A stretch of 63,158 nucleotides of DNA, filler included. It is 4 parts of 4 records of this genome, joined end to end, with 100 filler letters (N's around TTAATTAATTAA, not from the genome) between each part and the next. Parts side by side here need not be neighbours in the genome. Positions count along the whole stretch, not along the records: positions 32,883 to 57,899 come from DRR378314_46; 3 more parts are not named here. One strand, given 5' to 3'. The notes beneath the pieces were generated by a model. That model searched no databases and was not told the DNA's origin. It saw nothing but the letters and a program-made list of their open reading frames with translations. The position numbers and the translations under genes are program-made. Below are positions 39,509 through 49,620 of this stretch, piece by piece. Position 1 is the first letter of the stretch. Each line of letters starts with the position of its first letter.

Positions 39509-40279
39509 CTACCGCTGAAGCACAGCGGGCGTTGAAATGGCTGGGGTGCGCACGCTATCTAGCGGCAAATGCCCAGCCCAGCCGAATTGCTCAAATAGGC
39601 TTCTCATGGTCGCATCGAGTGCGCAGCTTAGTTGGATGCGCTTATCGGTTAAGGGGTGATCAAACGCTAAATAGGTGGCAGCTAACAGCAAACGGGGAGC
39701 ATTCAGCTGATCCGCAAAAAAGCGGTTGTGGACACTTTTGCCGTGCTTGGCATCACCAATAATCGGATAACCACGCCGAGAAAGATGGCGACGGATCTGA
39801 TGGCGACGCCCGCTCATAGGCCGCGCTTCCACTAGCGAATAGCGCGCCACTGGATAGCGGTCTACCTGCACAGGCAATTCAACGCTATCCAGGCGACGAA
39901 TATCGGTCATCGCGGGCATAGCAGGCATCTCGGCTTTGGGGCGCGTGCCATCTTCTTCCCGTAGTGGGTAATCAAGGCGCTCTTGCTCCGGCGCCTTGCC
40001 CCTCACTACCGCCAGATAGCGTTTTTCTACCTGCCGTTCGCTAAAGCCTTCACTCAACACGGCTGCCGCTTCAGATGATAAACCAAACACCATCACGCCA
40101 GAGGTGGGTCTATCTAACCGATGCACCGGATACACTCGTTTGCCAATTTGGTCACGCAGGCGTTGAAGCAAAAATTCTGTTTCTCCACGCGCCAGCGCCG
40201 AGCGGTGCACTAGTAACCCAGACGGCTTATGCACTGCAACAAGGTGCTCATCCTGATAAAGGATGTTCAATGGCAACAT
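39509..40279 (-). CDS. truC: tRNA pseudouridine(65) synthase
   Basis: KPSGLLVHRS, HRLDRPTSG, GRRHQIRRH and PIIGDAKHGK. Start taken at ATG 40279. Confidence 0.88.
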   Translation of the reverse strand: MLPLNILYQDEHLVAVHKPSGLLVHRSALARGETEFLLQRLRDQIGKRVYPVHRLDRPTSGVMVFGLSSEAAAVLSEGFSERQVEKRYLAVVRGKAPEQERLDYPLREEDGTRPKAEMPAMPAMTDIRRLDSVELPVQVDRYPVARYSLVEARPMSGRRHQIRRHLSRRGYPIIGDAKHGKSVHNRFFADQLNAPRLLLAATYLAFDHPLTDKRIQLSCALDATMRSLFEQFGWAGHLPLDSVRTPAISTPAVLQR

Positions 40280-40498
40280 GGTACTCCCCGGTAACGGCAA
40301 TTGAGATAACAAATCGCGGTGATTTGAAACAGCGCGCTATTGTCGCGGCTTAACGGTTCAATGTCATCCGCTACTAGCGGCATCAAGAAAGCAAATAGCC
40401 CAACGCCCAATCCATTGGCAGAGTTGCTTCGCGGAAGCTACCTTGAAATGGCAACTCGTCATACGAGCTTCCATGGATAAGGAAAGGAGAATTGCACT

Positions 40499-41032
40499 AT
40501 GCGTTATTCACTACCGCTGACAGGTATTGCCGCGGGGCTACTGCTGGCAACTACCGCTCAGGCCAATGAGACGCTCGACGTTGAAATGCACAAGGTCAGC
40601 GCCGAAGGAATTGAACAGTCTATTGGGACTGTCGCTATTGAGCATACTGAGCACGGCGTGTTGCTTACGCCGTCGTTAACTGACCTAGAGCCCGGCGTAT
40701 ACGGTTTTCATGTCCACCAAAATGCCAGCTGCGAGCCTGCTGAAAACGATAGCGGCGAAATGACAGCAGCGCTGTCTGCAGGTGGTCATTACGATCCTGA
40801 AGAGGCTGGTACCCACCAAGGCCCCTACGGCGATGGCCATCTGGGCGACCTACCGGTTCTCACGGTGAATGAAGATGGCGAAGCCAATCTGCCGGTGCTA
40901 GCACCGCGCTTGAGTATGGAAGATATGCCGGGGCGCAGCCTGATGATCCATGCGGGCGGCGATACGTATTCAGATGATCCCCACTTAGGCGGTGGCGGTG
41001 CGCGCATGGCCTGCGGCGTCGTTGAATCGTAA
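40499..41032 (+). CDS. sodC: Periplasmic Cu/Zn superoxide dismutase
   Basis: Signal peptide. All metal ligands are present (GFHVH, GGHYDP, THQGP, GHLGDLP, MIHAGGD, RMACG). Confidence 0.96.
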   Translation: MRYSLPLTGIAAGLLLATTAQANETLDVEMHKVSAEGIEQSIGTVAIEHTEHGVLLTPSLTDLEPGVYGFHVHQNASCEPAENDSGEMTAALSAGGHYDPEEAGTHQGPYGDGHLGDLPVLTVNEDGEANLPVLAPRLSMEDMPGRSLMIHAGGDTYSDDPHLGGGGARMACGVVES

Positions 41033-41063
41033 CGTTTAAAACCCATTACTATAGCGATATATC

Positions 41064-41088
41064 GGGCAGCACAGCGCTGCCCTTTTTT
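41064..41088 (+). terminator. sodC intrinsic terminator
   Basis: GGGCAGC-ACAGC-GCTGCCC followed by TTTTTT. Confidence 0.8.
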
Positions 41089-41245
41089 GTGTTGATGATT
41101 GCTCTTGCTAGCACCATTGGCCACTAAAGTCTTAAAGCGATTCTCCTGATGAGTCGGTACATTCAGCCCGGCCAAATAAGCGTGCTAACAAGTAATTCAC
41201 TAGCATGCACTACCCTATTAATCCCCCTGAGACTGAGTGCCCTGA

Positions 41246-42727
41246 ATGATCACCTTCATTGTATCGATAATTCTTCTAGTCGTGGGCTACTTCACCTACG
41301 GCAAGTTTGTTGAGCGCGTGTTTGTTACTGACCGCAAGCGTCAAACACCAGCGTTTAGTATGCGTGACAATATTGACTATGTGCCGATGAACACCACGCG
41401 CAACTCACTTATTCAATTGCTTAACATTGCCGGTGTCGGCCCGATTTTTGGCCCCATTTTAGGCGCGCTTTATGGCCCAGTGGCTTTTATATGGATTGTG
41501 GTTGGCTGCATCTTTGCAGGTGCCGTACACGACTACCTCACCGGTATGATCTCGATTCGCAATCACGGGGCTCATTTGCCTCAGTTGGCGGGTAAATTTC
41601 TCGGTAAAACCATGAAGCATGTGGTCAACGGCTTTGCTATTTTGCTGTTACTGCTGGTGGGCACGGTCTTTGTAACCTCGCCCGCAGCGCTGCTTTCTAA
41701 TATGACATCACTCTCTTTAACGCTCATTATTCTAGCGATTTTTGCCTACTATCTGGTTGCTACGCTGCTACCGATTGATAAAGTCATTGGCCGTATCTAC
41801 CCCTACTTCGGCGCTTTGCTGCTGTTCAGTGCCGCAGGCATTGGTATTGGTTTGGTTGTTACCGGCGCACCGATTCCAGAACTCTCTTTCCAGAATATGC
41901 ATCCGGAAGGAGCGCCCATTTTCCCACTGCTGTTCTTAACAATCTCCTGCGGTGCTCTTTCAGGCTTCCATGCCACGCAAACCCCCATCATTTCACGCAC
42001 GACGCAAAACGAAACCAATGGCCGTAAAATCTTTTACGGCATGATGATTGCCGAAGGCGTGATTGCGATGATTTGGGCCGCCGCCGCCATGAGTTTATTC
42101 CAGGGCGAACAATCGCTGTCCGCAGTGCTGGCGGCTGGTGGCCCTGCAGCGGTGGTCAGCGAAGTATCTATTAGCATGCTTGGCGCTGTTGGCGGCACGC
42201 TGGCCGTGCTGGGGGTTATTGTGCTGCCGATTACCTCGGGCGATACCGCCTTCCGCAGTGCACGAATGATTATTGCTGACTATCTCAAGGTTGAGCAGAA
42301 GCCGATTATTAAGCGTATTTTGATCGCCCTGCCACTGTTTGTTGCTTCTTACGCGCTTACCCACATGGACTTTACCCTGCTATGGCGCTACTTCTCCTGG
42401 GCCAACCAAACCACCGCGGTTATCGCACTGTGGGTCGGCACCATGTACCTAGTGCTATCACGTAAGCCTTATCTGATTACCTCGATCCCAGCTGTCTTTA
42501 TGACCATGGCCACCTTTACCTATTTAGCCTACGCACCGATTGGCTTTGGCTTACCACTGCAAACAAGCTGTATCGTTGCGGCGCTGGGAACACTGGTATG
42601 TATCGCACTGTTTATGAAGCGTGTACGCCGCTTAAGCCGCGCAACCTTTGCTGTTGATGAGCATGCTGATGCCTTTGATGCAGGCCAAGAGGGACAGACC
42701 CAAACCCTATCTACTGCTACCAAGTAA
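41246..42727 (+). CDS. cstA: Carbon starvation CstA-family transporter (peptide/pyruvate)
   Basis: DYVPM, IAGVGPIFGP, GAVHDY, ISCGALSGFHAT, TSGDTAFRSAR and WRYFSWANQ. Confidence 0.9.
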   Translation: MITFIVSIILLVVGYFTYGKFVERVFVTDRKRQTPAFSMRDNIDYVPMNTTRNSLIQLLNIAGVGPIFGPILGALYGPVAFIWIVVGCIFAGAVHDYLTGMISIRNHGAHLPQLAGKFLGKTMKHVVNGFAILLLLLVGTVFVTSPAALLSNMTSLSLTLIILAIFAYYLVATLLPIDKVIGRIYPYFGALLLFSAAGIGIGLVVTGAPIPELSFQNMHPEGAPIFPLLFLTISCGALSGFHATQTPIISRTTQNETNGRKIFYGMMIAEGVIAMIWAAAAMSLFQGEQSLSAVLAAGGPAAVVSEVSISMLGAVGGTLAVLGVIVLPITSGDTAFRSARMIIADYLKVEQKPIIKRILIALPLFVASYALTHMDFTLLWRYFSWANQTTAVIALWVGTMYLVLSRKPYLITSIPAVFMTMATFTYLAYAPIGFGLPLQTSCIVAALGTLVCIALFMKRVRRLSRATFAVDEHADAFDAGQEGQTQTLSTATK

Positions 42728-42753
42728 GTTATTGTTCTACTGCCCCTTAAGAG

Positions 42754-42784
42754 AAAAAGCGCTGAGTTAATCAGCGCTTTTTTT
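42754..42784 (+). terminator. Intrinsic terminator after cstA
   Basis: AAAAAGCGCTGA-GTTAA-TCAGCGCTTTTTTT. Confidence 0.88.
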
Positions 42785-42902
42785 ATGGGCATCTCTTAGC
42801 TTCTTCGATCACTTTTTGACTCGCTGTTTTGACTAGTTGTTTTAACCACTGAAACACGCTTTTTAGACGCAGCATTAACGCATAGATTGATGCCCAACCA
42901 GC

Positions 42903-42923
42903 CAATGTTATATCATAACCAAA
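42903..42923 (+). promoter_or_regulatory. Zur box upstream of the Opp/Nik-type ABC operon
   Basis: CAATGTTAT-ATC-ATAACCAAA matches the TGTTAT-N3-ATAACA core at 11 of 12 positions, about 30 nt before the first start. Confidence 0.72.
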
Positions 42924-42950
42924 ATATCTTATTGAGCGGTTCAGCAAGCG

Positions 42951-43772
42951 ATGGTGCCAATGTGCAGCGACCCAGTGTTATCCGTGCGTGATCTGCGCAT
43001 TAAAATCGGCCAGCAGCAGGTTGTCGATGGACTCTCGTTTGATGTTATGCCCGGCGAGCGAGTTTGCCTATTGGGTGCATCTGGCTCGGGAAAATCATTC
43101 ACAGCTAAAGCTGTGCTCGGTTTGCTGCCCCCCAATGCTCAAGCTCAGGGAAGTATACGGATTCAAGGCCAAGAAGCGATTGCGACACCGGCAACACAGC
43201 GGCCAAAAAGCTCACGAGTGTCAATGGTGTTTCAGGATTCACTTTCGGCGCTTAACCCCTTGGTTTCTATCGGTTCCCAGCTGCGGGAACCCTTTTTACG
43301 CCATCACGGCCTATCGCGCCAAGCCGCGACTGACGCCGCAGTGGCACTCATCGCATCACTGGACCTTCCAGAGCCCCAACGGTTAATCAAGCGCACCCCA
43401 GCAGAGCTTTCTGGAGGGCAGCGCCAACGGGTCTGTATTGCCCTGGCCATGGCGTGTAAAACATCGCTTATGGTTGCCGATGAGCCTACCACTGCGCTCG
43501 ATGTCGTCACCCAGTCCCAAGTGTTACGCGCCTTACGTCAACATACTGACAGCGCAGCATCTGCGCTGCTATTCATCACCCATGATCTACACGCGGCAGC
43601 GCAGCTATGCCAACGGGCGGTTATTATCAAACAAGGAACGATGATCGAAAGCGGCGAGTTAGACGCCCTAATCACCTCCCCGAAACACCCCTTCACCCAA
43701 GCGCTCGTAGCGGCGGCGCATAATGTGCAACCGCCTGAAGTAGTCCCAACCGACTATTTGAAGAGTGCCTAA
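42951..43772 (+). CDS. Peptide/nickel ABC transporter ATP-binding protein (DppD/NikD-like)
   Basis: GASGSGKS, VFQD..SALNP, LSGGQRQR, ADEPTTALD and HPFTQAL. Confidence 0.92.
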   Translation: MVPMCSDPVLSVRDLRIKIGQQQVVDGLSFDVMPGERVCLLGASGSGKSFTAKAVLGLLPPNAQAQGSIRIQGQEAIATPATQRPKSSRVSMVFQDSLSALNPLVSIGSQLREPFLRHHGLSRQAATDAAVALIASLDLPEPQRLIKRTPAELSGGQRQRVCIALAMACKTSLMVADEPTTALDVVTQSQVLRALRQHTDSAASALLFITHDLHAAAQLCQRAVIIKQGTMIESGELDALITSPKHPFTQALVAAAHNVQPPEVVPTDYLKSA

Positions 43773-44627
43773 ATGCAGAGCCATCCACTTTTTAAGTGCC
43801 AGGAAGCCTTCCTCTCAGCAAACGGGCTCTATAAAAGCGTCTCTTTACCCCGTGCTGTTTTTTGGCGGGCGGGTGAACGCAAACAAGTCATGAATAACAT
43901 CAACCTGAGGCTTTATACGGGTGAACGTGTCGGACTAGTCGGCTTGTCAGGGTCGGGAAAAACGACATTACTGCGCTCGCTGTTAGCGATTGAAGCGCCC
44001 GATACGGGTTCGATTACTTGTCTGCATAAAACGGTACGTCCCGCCTCCACGGCCAAGCTTAGATGGTACCGTCGGGCTGTTCAGTATATTCCCCAAGATC
44101 CCGGCGCCTCCCTTGATCCTCGCATGAGTGTGCGAGCGCTAGTGGCAGAGCCATTAATAAGGCTGAACGTTGATTGCGCCCCGGGAGAACGTGCCAGAGA
44201 AGCGCTGGAGCAAGTTGGCTTAGATGCACGTTTTTTGGACCGATTGCCTCATGAGCTTTCCGGCGGCCAGGCTCAACGGGTCGCCATTGCCCGTGCGATT
44301 GCTACGCGCCCACGCTTTTTGCTCGCCGATGAGCCACTGAGCGGCCTGGATCTACCGGTTCGCGCGCAGGTGATTAGCGTGCTGAAAAAGCTATGCGATG
44401 AAAGCGGTACAGGGCTACTGATGGTGTCCCATGATTTATCGGTGGTCACCCAATTATGCCAACGCACGCTGGTCATGGATGACGGCAAAATAGTTGAAGA
44501 CCGTTCAACGGCAGCGCTTTGGTGCGCCCCTCATCACCCGACTACGCGCTCGCTAATCAATGCCGTTGCCCAACTACCTACTTGTGCGCATCCAAACTGC
44601 AATGCAGCTGAGTTAGCAGCACTTTAA
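43773..44627 (+). CDS. Peptide/nickel ABC transporter ATP-binding protein (DppF/NikE-like)
   Basis: GLSGSGKT, QDPGASLDPR, PHELSGGQAQR and ADEP. Confidence 0.92.
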   Translation: MQSHPLFKCQEAFLSANGLYKSVSLPRAVFWRAGERKQVMNNINLRLYTGERVGLVGLSGSGKTTLLRSLLAIEAPDTGSITCLHKTVRPASTAKLRWYRRAVQYIPQDPGASLDPRMSVRALVAEPLIRLNVDCAPGERAREALEQVGLDARFLDRLPHELSGGQAQRVAIARAIATRPRFLLADEPLSGLDLPVRAQVISVLKKLCDESGTGLLMVSHDLSVVTQLCQRTLVMDDGKIVEDRSTAALWCAPHHPTTRSLINAVAQLPTCAHPNCNAAELAAL

Positions 44628-44698
44628 TTAACGTATCTGTGACTTTTTTACTTTTTCTACCCGTTTTTCCTGCCCGTCACGTCAACTGGAGTTTTACA

Positions 44699-46213
44699 AT
44701 GTTACCCCGTCCGCTGCGCCTTTCCCTGCCAATTGCCCTTGTCGCCCCGTTACTGCTGGCCGGTTGTTTTGATGAACAGCGTGACACCACATCTTCAGAG
44801 GCCGGTGAACGAATCAGCCTAGCGATGCTGCAGCCACCTCGCTCGGGATTAACGCCACTTTCCGATGATGCTTTCAAACTGTCGCGCTGGAGCACGGCGG
44901 AAACGCTCATTCGGTTGGATGCCAGCAGCGACCCACTGCCATTTCTAGCCACCGAGTGGGAGCAGCTCGATGGCCATACATGGCGGTTCGTGATTCGCGA
45001 TGGGGTCAGCTTTCATGATGGCACAACACTGACCGTTAGCGACGTAGTGAACGCTCTCACTGCGGCTACCCAGGCCGCCCCGAAACCACGCATTTTAGAT
45101 GGCGTGAACATGACCATCGAAGCCGATGGTGATAACGCGGTGATTGTACGCACGGAAACCGAGGACCCGCTGATTCCCAACCGCCTATCAAGCCCCCAAC
45201 TGGCGATTTTAGCCGCCAGCGCCTATGGCGAGGATGGCCGGGTTAACCCCATCAAAGCAGGTACCGGCCCGTTCGTATTAACAGAGATCAACGGTACTAG
45301 CAGCGCCCATCTGGATCGCTTTGATGACTACTGGGGCGAGCCCGCCAAAGTGGCCGGTATTGATGCTGATTATGTCCCCGACGGCACCGCTCGAGCGGCA
45401 GCCTTAAGAACCGGTGTGGCCGATGTGGTTGAAGCGATTCCGGTGTCCCAGGTGGCGCTGCTTGACCCTGAGCTAGTCCACGAAGTGCCCATGCCGCGCA
45501 CCAATACGCTTTACCTGAATACCGAATCAGGCCCAATGACCGACCCCGGCCTGCGCGCAGCCGTTCGTGACGCAATAGACCGCTCCGCTATTGTGAATAC
45601 CGTTTACGAAGGGCGCGCGGATATCGCTGAAGGGTTACTCGGCCCGGCACTAGCGTGGGCAAGCGACTACCGCACCCCGCTTGAAGATCGCACTGCACCC
45701 ACCGAACCAAACGGCACTGACATCACCCTGGCGACGTTTACTGACCGCGCCGAGCTGCCCGAAGTGGCTGTACTGCTTGAACAGCAGCTGACCCGTGCGG
45801 GCTTTAACGTTAACCAAGAAGTGCGTGAGTACGCACATATCGAAGCAGACGCCTTAGCCGGTGAGTTTGACGCCTTTATTCTTTCGCGTGCCACCGTCCT
45901 CGATTCAGGCGACCCGGTGGCCTATATGTTCAGCGACTTCGCTTGTGCGGGCTCTTTCAACATCGCCCAGTTGTGTGACCCCGCCGTCGATGAAGCGCTA
46001 GCCAATGCCGTCACGCTGCCCACCGGAAGTGAGCGTCGTCAGGCAATTATCGAGGCGGAAGCAGCTATTTTGCGCACTGATGCGGCTATTCCGATGCTCC
46101 ACGAACGCGTAATTCAGGGCGAGTCGGCGCGGGTCTCTAACGCCGAGCGCGACCCCCGCGAACGTGCGCTGATCACTGAGCAGACAACCATCGACGTCGA
46201 CAGTGACTCCTAA
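44699..46213 (+). CDS. Family 5 (Opp/Dpp/Nik) substrate-binding lipoprotein
   Basis: ATG 44699 with a GGAG RBS. Lipobox LLAGC, ETL, P.LA..W, FHDGT, GTGPF and YWG. Confidence 0.9.
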   Translation: MLPRPLRLSLPIALVAPLLLAGCFDEQRDTTSSEAGERISLAMLQPPRSGLTPLSDDAFKLSRWSTAETLIRLDASSDPLPFLATEWEQLDGHTWRFVIRDGVSFHDGTTLTVSDVVNALTAATQAAPKPRILDGVNMTIEADGDNAVIVRTETEDPLIPNRLSSPQLAILAASAYGEDGRVNPIKAGTGPFVLTEINGTSSAHLDRFDDYWGEPAKVAGIDADYVPDGTARAAALRTGVADVVEAIPVSQVALLDPELVHEVPMPRTNTLYLNTESGPMTDPGLRAAVRDAIDRSAIVNTVYEGRADIAEGLLGPALAWASDYRTPLEDRTAPTEPNGTDITLATFTDRAELPEVAVLLEQQLTRAGFNVNQEVREYAHIEADALAGEFDAFILSRATVLDSGDPVAYMFSDFACAGSFNIAQLCDPAVDEALANAVTLPTGSERRQAIIEAEAAILRTDAAIPMLHERVIQGESARVSNAERDPRERALITEQTTIDVDSDS

Positions 46214-47990
46214 GGGTACGCCACGCATGACAACCGCAATACCGCTGCGCCTATGGCGCAGCTTGCGTATCACGCCCTTTATTCCGCTGCTCTCACGTTT
46301 GGTTACACTAGCCAGCGTGGTGGTGCTGGTGGGGCTACTGCCGTGGTTATCCGGCAGGGACCCTGCACTGAGCATTTTGCGGGCACGCTCTGCCGAGCAG
46401 GAAGCCACCCCCGAAGCCTTAGCAGCAATTCGTGCTCAATTAGGCCTGGATCTTGGCCCCTTCGAGAAGCTACAGAGCTGGCTGGTGGGCCTGATGCATG
46501 GCGATGCAGGCAATTCCTGGATCTCCGGCGCACCCGTGCTACCGGGTATGTTAAAGAGCGCCCAGGTATCACTTACGCTAATGGCCTTTGGCATGCTGGT
46601 AGCGTTGGTTACCACTACGCTGATCTGTATCCCCGTGGTATGGCGTGGCTTGCGAGGTCAGGTCAGTCGTTCTTCCGGCGCCATTGGTGCAGCTCTTACG
46701 GCTCTGCCTGAGTTTCTACTCGCCTCACTACTGCTTGTCGTGTTTGCGGCATGGCTAAACTGGCTACCGCCTTACGGCTGGCGAGGTTTTAGTTATGCCG
46801 TATTGCCCGCCTTTGCGCTGGGCCTACCGGCGGGCGGTCTATTGGGCCGCTTGTTTAGCGATGGCCTTGCAGCCACCTTCAGCGAGCGCTGGGTCGCTAC
46901 CTGGAACGTAGCGGGCTTCTCAAGCAGCCGAATTGTCATGGCCGCCCTACGACGCACCTTACCCAGCCTGATGCCTCAAGTCGGCATGGTAATGGTGGGT
47001 CTGACGGGAGGAGCCATTGCCGTCGAACAGGTATTCTCTATTCCAGGCCTGGGTCGAGCAACGCTTGGCGCAGCATCTGCCCAGGACCTTCCCGCGCTAC
47101 AAACCGGCATTCTGATTCTGCTGATTATTGCAATTATATTAGGCAGCTTGGCCAATATTGGTCGCGTGCTGTTACTGGGCCGTGCCTTTCAGCTAGGGGC
47201 ACTGCCCGTGGCGCATAGCGAGCCACCTATTCCACGCAGGGCATGGGTCGTACCCACCATCGCGATGTTGCTACTCTTTGTGCTAATCGTAGCGGGGATG
47301 GGGCGTGACCCGTTTAGCTCCGCGTTTATGCGCTTAGAGTCACCAAGCTTTGCGTTACCACTAGGTGCCGACGGCACTGGGCGCGATATTTTGGCGCGAG
47401 TAGCTCACGGAGCGCTGTCCACCATGGGCATGGCAACCGTCGTCGTATTCTTTTCGCTAGCAATAGGGCTGCTGATTGGACTAGCTCCCAAGCTCGCCAC
47501 GGGTCCTATTGAAATCACCAAGGCAACACCACCCACCATTGCGGGGTTGATTGTCGCTGGGCTAATAGGGCCGAGTGCTAGTGGCGCGATCATTGCGGTA
47601 ACAGCCGTCGCTTGGGCTCCGCTTGCAGCACACACAGCGGCACTGGTGGCGGAAGTGAAAGCCCAGCCCCACGTGCGCATTACGCCAATGCTAGGCGTGG
47701 GTCATTTCCGCTTAATGAGCCGCTACATCTTACCGGCAGTGCTTGGCCCAGTGTTTCGCCACGCCATGCTGCGCTTACCTGGCGTGGCGCTGGCCTTGGC
47801 AGCACTTGGCTTTCTCGGTCTGGGGCCACGCCCACCTTCACCAGAGTGGGGGTTAATCCTTGCCGAAGGTATGCCCTATATTGAGCGAGCGCCCTGGGCG
47901 GTGCTGATTCCCGCATTAGCACTGATTTTGCTATCGGTACTGGCGGTGTCACTTTCAAACCTGATGGGTTTAAGCAAACTATCTCGCTAG
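46203..47990 (+). CDS. Fused double ABC permease (OppB-like + OppC-like in one polypeptide)
   Basis: N-half RAQLGLD...G.SW...VEQVFSIPGLG and C-half PLGADGTGRDILAR...LGFLGLG..PP.PEWG. 595 aa with no internal stop. Confidence 0.9.
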   Translation: MTPKGTPRMTTAIPLRLWRSLRITPFIPLLSRLVTLASVVVLVGLLPWLSGRDPALSILRARSAEQEATPEALAAIRAQLGLDLGPFEKLQSWLVGLMHGDAGNSWISGAPVLPGMLKSAQVSLTLMAFGMLVALVTTTLICIPVVWRGLRGQVSRSSGAIGAALTALPEFLLASLLLVVFAAWLNWLPPYGWRGFSYAVLPAFALGLPAGGLLGRLFSDGLAATFSERWVATWNVAGFSSSRIVMAALRRTLPSLMPQVGMVMVGLTGGAIAVEQVFSIPGLGRATLGAASAQDLPALQTGILILLIIAIILGSLANIGRVLLLGRAFQLGALPVAHSEPPIPRRAWVVPTIAMLLLFVLIVAGMGRDPFSSAFMRLESPSFALPLGADGTGRDILARVAHGALSTMGMATVVVFFSLAIGLLIGLAPKLATGPIEITKATPPTIAGLIVAGLIGPSASGAIIAVTAVAWAPLAAHTAALVAEVKAQPHVRITPMLGVGHFRLMSRYILPAVLGPVFRHAMLRLPGVALALAALGFLGLGPRPPSPEWGLILAEGMPYIERAPWAVLIPALALILLSVLAVSLSNLMGLSKLSR

Positions 47991-48030
47991 CAGTATCCAA
48001 GCTCAAAAATAGAAGGCCTAAACAGCCAAA

Positions 48031-48060
48031 AAAACGGGCAGCCACATGGCTGCCCGTTTT
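48031..48060. terminator. Bidirectional terminator between the ABC operon and bfr
   Basis: AAAACGGGCAGCCA-CA-TGGCTGCCCGTTTT perfect inverted repeat between convergent genes. Confidence 0.9.
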
Positions 48061-48092
48061 GCTGATTGACGCTTTAATTAAATTAACAAGCG

Positions 48093-48578
48093 TTACTCTT
48101 CGTCAGTCGCCAACTGCATATGTTTTTGTAGGTAATTTTGAATACCTACTTTATCGATCAGACCAAGCTGCGTTTCGATATGATCAATATGGCTTTCTTC
48201 ATCGGCAAGCAGGTCACGCAGTAGATCGCGGGTTACGTAATCCTTAACGCTTTCACAGTAGGTAATTGCTTCGATGTAGTCTTTGCGACCGTCATGCTCG
48301 ATTTTCAAATCACTTTCGAGCATTTCTTTTACATTTTCGCCGATATGTAGTTTGCCTAGATCCTGCAGGTTAGGGATGCCTTCAAGGAACAAAATACGCT
48401 CGATTAGTTTATCGGCGTGTTGCATTTCTTCAATGGACTCATCGTATTCCCACTTGGCAAGCTCTTTAAAGCCCCAGTCTTTGTACATTTTGGCATGCAA
48501 AAAATACTGGTTGATGGCTACCAGTTCATTGCCGAGGGCGATATTGAGATGCTGAATAACCTTGGGATCACCTTTCAT
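48093..48578 (-). CDS. bfr: Bacterioferritin
   Basis: [25 protein letters not shown] (haem-ligand Met), ERILFLEG and DEE.HID. Confidence 0.97.
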   Translation of the reverse strand: MKGDPKVIQHLNIALGNELVAINQYFLHAKMYKDWGFKELAKWEYDESIEEMQHADKLIERILFLEGIPNLQDLGKLHIGENVKEMLESDLKIEHDGRKDYIEAITYCESVKDYVTRDLLRDLLADEESHIDHIETQLGLIDKVGIQNYLQKHMQLATDEE

Positions 48579-48732
48579 GACGTCACCTTTCTTAGTGTGC
48601 GATTACGCTAACTAGAGAGTATAGGCCATAAATAGGCTTACTCCCAACGATGCTGGGAGTATATAGGAAATGACTAAAAATTCAAAAGAATCATATAGTT
48701 GCTAACGATAAATCTAACAATAGTGATTCGCG

Positions 48733-48939
48733 TCACACAGCGTAAGCGAGACTCATATCCGCTTCGCAACGAGCCTCCTGAACCGCTTCACGGGTTAGCG
48801 ATTTAGCAAAACAAGCGCATTTTCCGCACTGGGTTCCGCAACCTGTGGCCTCGCGTACTTCTCGCCAACTGCGCGCTCCATCGCTAACGTGCTGGCGAAT
48901 CTGATGGTCGGTTACTCCCTTGCACACGCAAACGTACAT
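48733..48939 (-). CDS. bfd: Bacterioferritin-associated ferredoxin
   Basis: MYVCVCKGVT...GTQCGKC, upstream of bfr. Confidence 0.95.
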   Translation of the reverse strand: MYVCVCKGVTDHQIRQHVSDGARSWREVREATGCGTQCGKCACFAKSLTREAVQEARCEADMSLAYAV

Positions 48940-48967
48940 GGCAACACCTCATAAAGATCATGAGATG

Positions 48968-48986
48968 AATGTAAATGATTCGCATA
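48968..48986 (-). promoter_or_regulatory. Probable Fur box upstream of bfd
   Basis: AATGTAAATGATTCGCATA resembles the AATGAnAATnATTnTCATT Fur site. bfd is a standard Fur-repressed gene. Confidence 0.65.
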
Positions 48987-49097
48987 CATCTTTTCAAGTA
49001 GAAATAGATGCTTTTTGGTAGCCATTCGTCTTAATAAAAATGAGCCATATGATAACGCCTTGTCATAGCAATATTTTTAGCAAAGCAGGCGGTAAAA

Positions 49098-49601
49098 TTA
49101 TTTTTTCGGTAGCACCACGGTTTGCGTATTCGAGGCGATATCTGGCCAGCTTCTGCGCTGTCGATCAAACAAAACCCACCAGTAACCAATGCCAAACGCG
49201 GCCAGGGAAAGCCAGGCTGTCACACAGCGAACGAGACTTTGCTTAAGTGTAATCGCATGACCATCGGTGGTTTGCACCCGCAGCCGCCATGCCTGCATCC
49301 CTAAGGTCATGCCGCCACGCCGCCACGAATAGACAAAGAATAGCGTGACAAAGAACAGCAACATCAGCCTAAGGCTCCAGATATCAAATTGAGTTGTGCC
49401 TATCTCGTCAGCCTGCTGCCCCAGCACAAAGCGAAAAAAAGCCAGATGAGCCACCGTCACCGCGAGCCAAATGGCTGTGACCAAAAATCCGTCGTACAGC
49501 ATCGCGCCTAAACGGCGGCTTAACCCAGCAGGCCAAACGCTATCTAGTTGGGTAAAGCGCCGGGGGTTCGTCACCTTGCTCGTCACTATGCTCATCCTCA
49601 T
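49098..49601 (-). CDS. RDD family membrane protein
   Basis: RRLGAMLYD, GMTLGMQAWRLRV and SWPDIASNT. Usual position after lptG. Confidence 0.88.
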   Translation of the reverse strand: MRMSIVTSKVTNPRRFTQLDSVWPAGLSRRLGAMLYDGFLVTAIWLAVTVAHLAFFRFVLGQQADEIGTTQFDIWSLRLMLLFFVTLFFVYSWRRGGMTLGMQAWRLRVQTTDGHAITLKQSLVRCVTAWLSLAAFGIGYWWVLFDRQRRSWPDIASNTQTVVLPKK

Positions 49602-49620
49602 TCACGTATCGCCGCCGCAA

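Noticed and set aside
41115-41160. LytTR (BtsR-type) direct repeat upstream of cstA
   Set aside because: Only one plausible half-site (CCACTAAAGT), with no convincing second repeat at the expected spacing.
24501-47990. Apparent zinc super-cluster (znuABC/zur, COG0523, sodC, Zur-boxed ABC)
   Set aside because: The znu genes and the others are on different contigs from apparently different organisms, so the proximity is an artefact.
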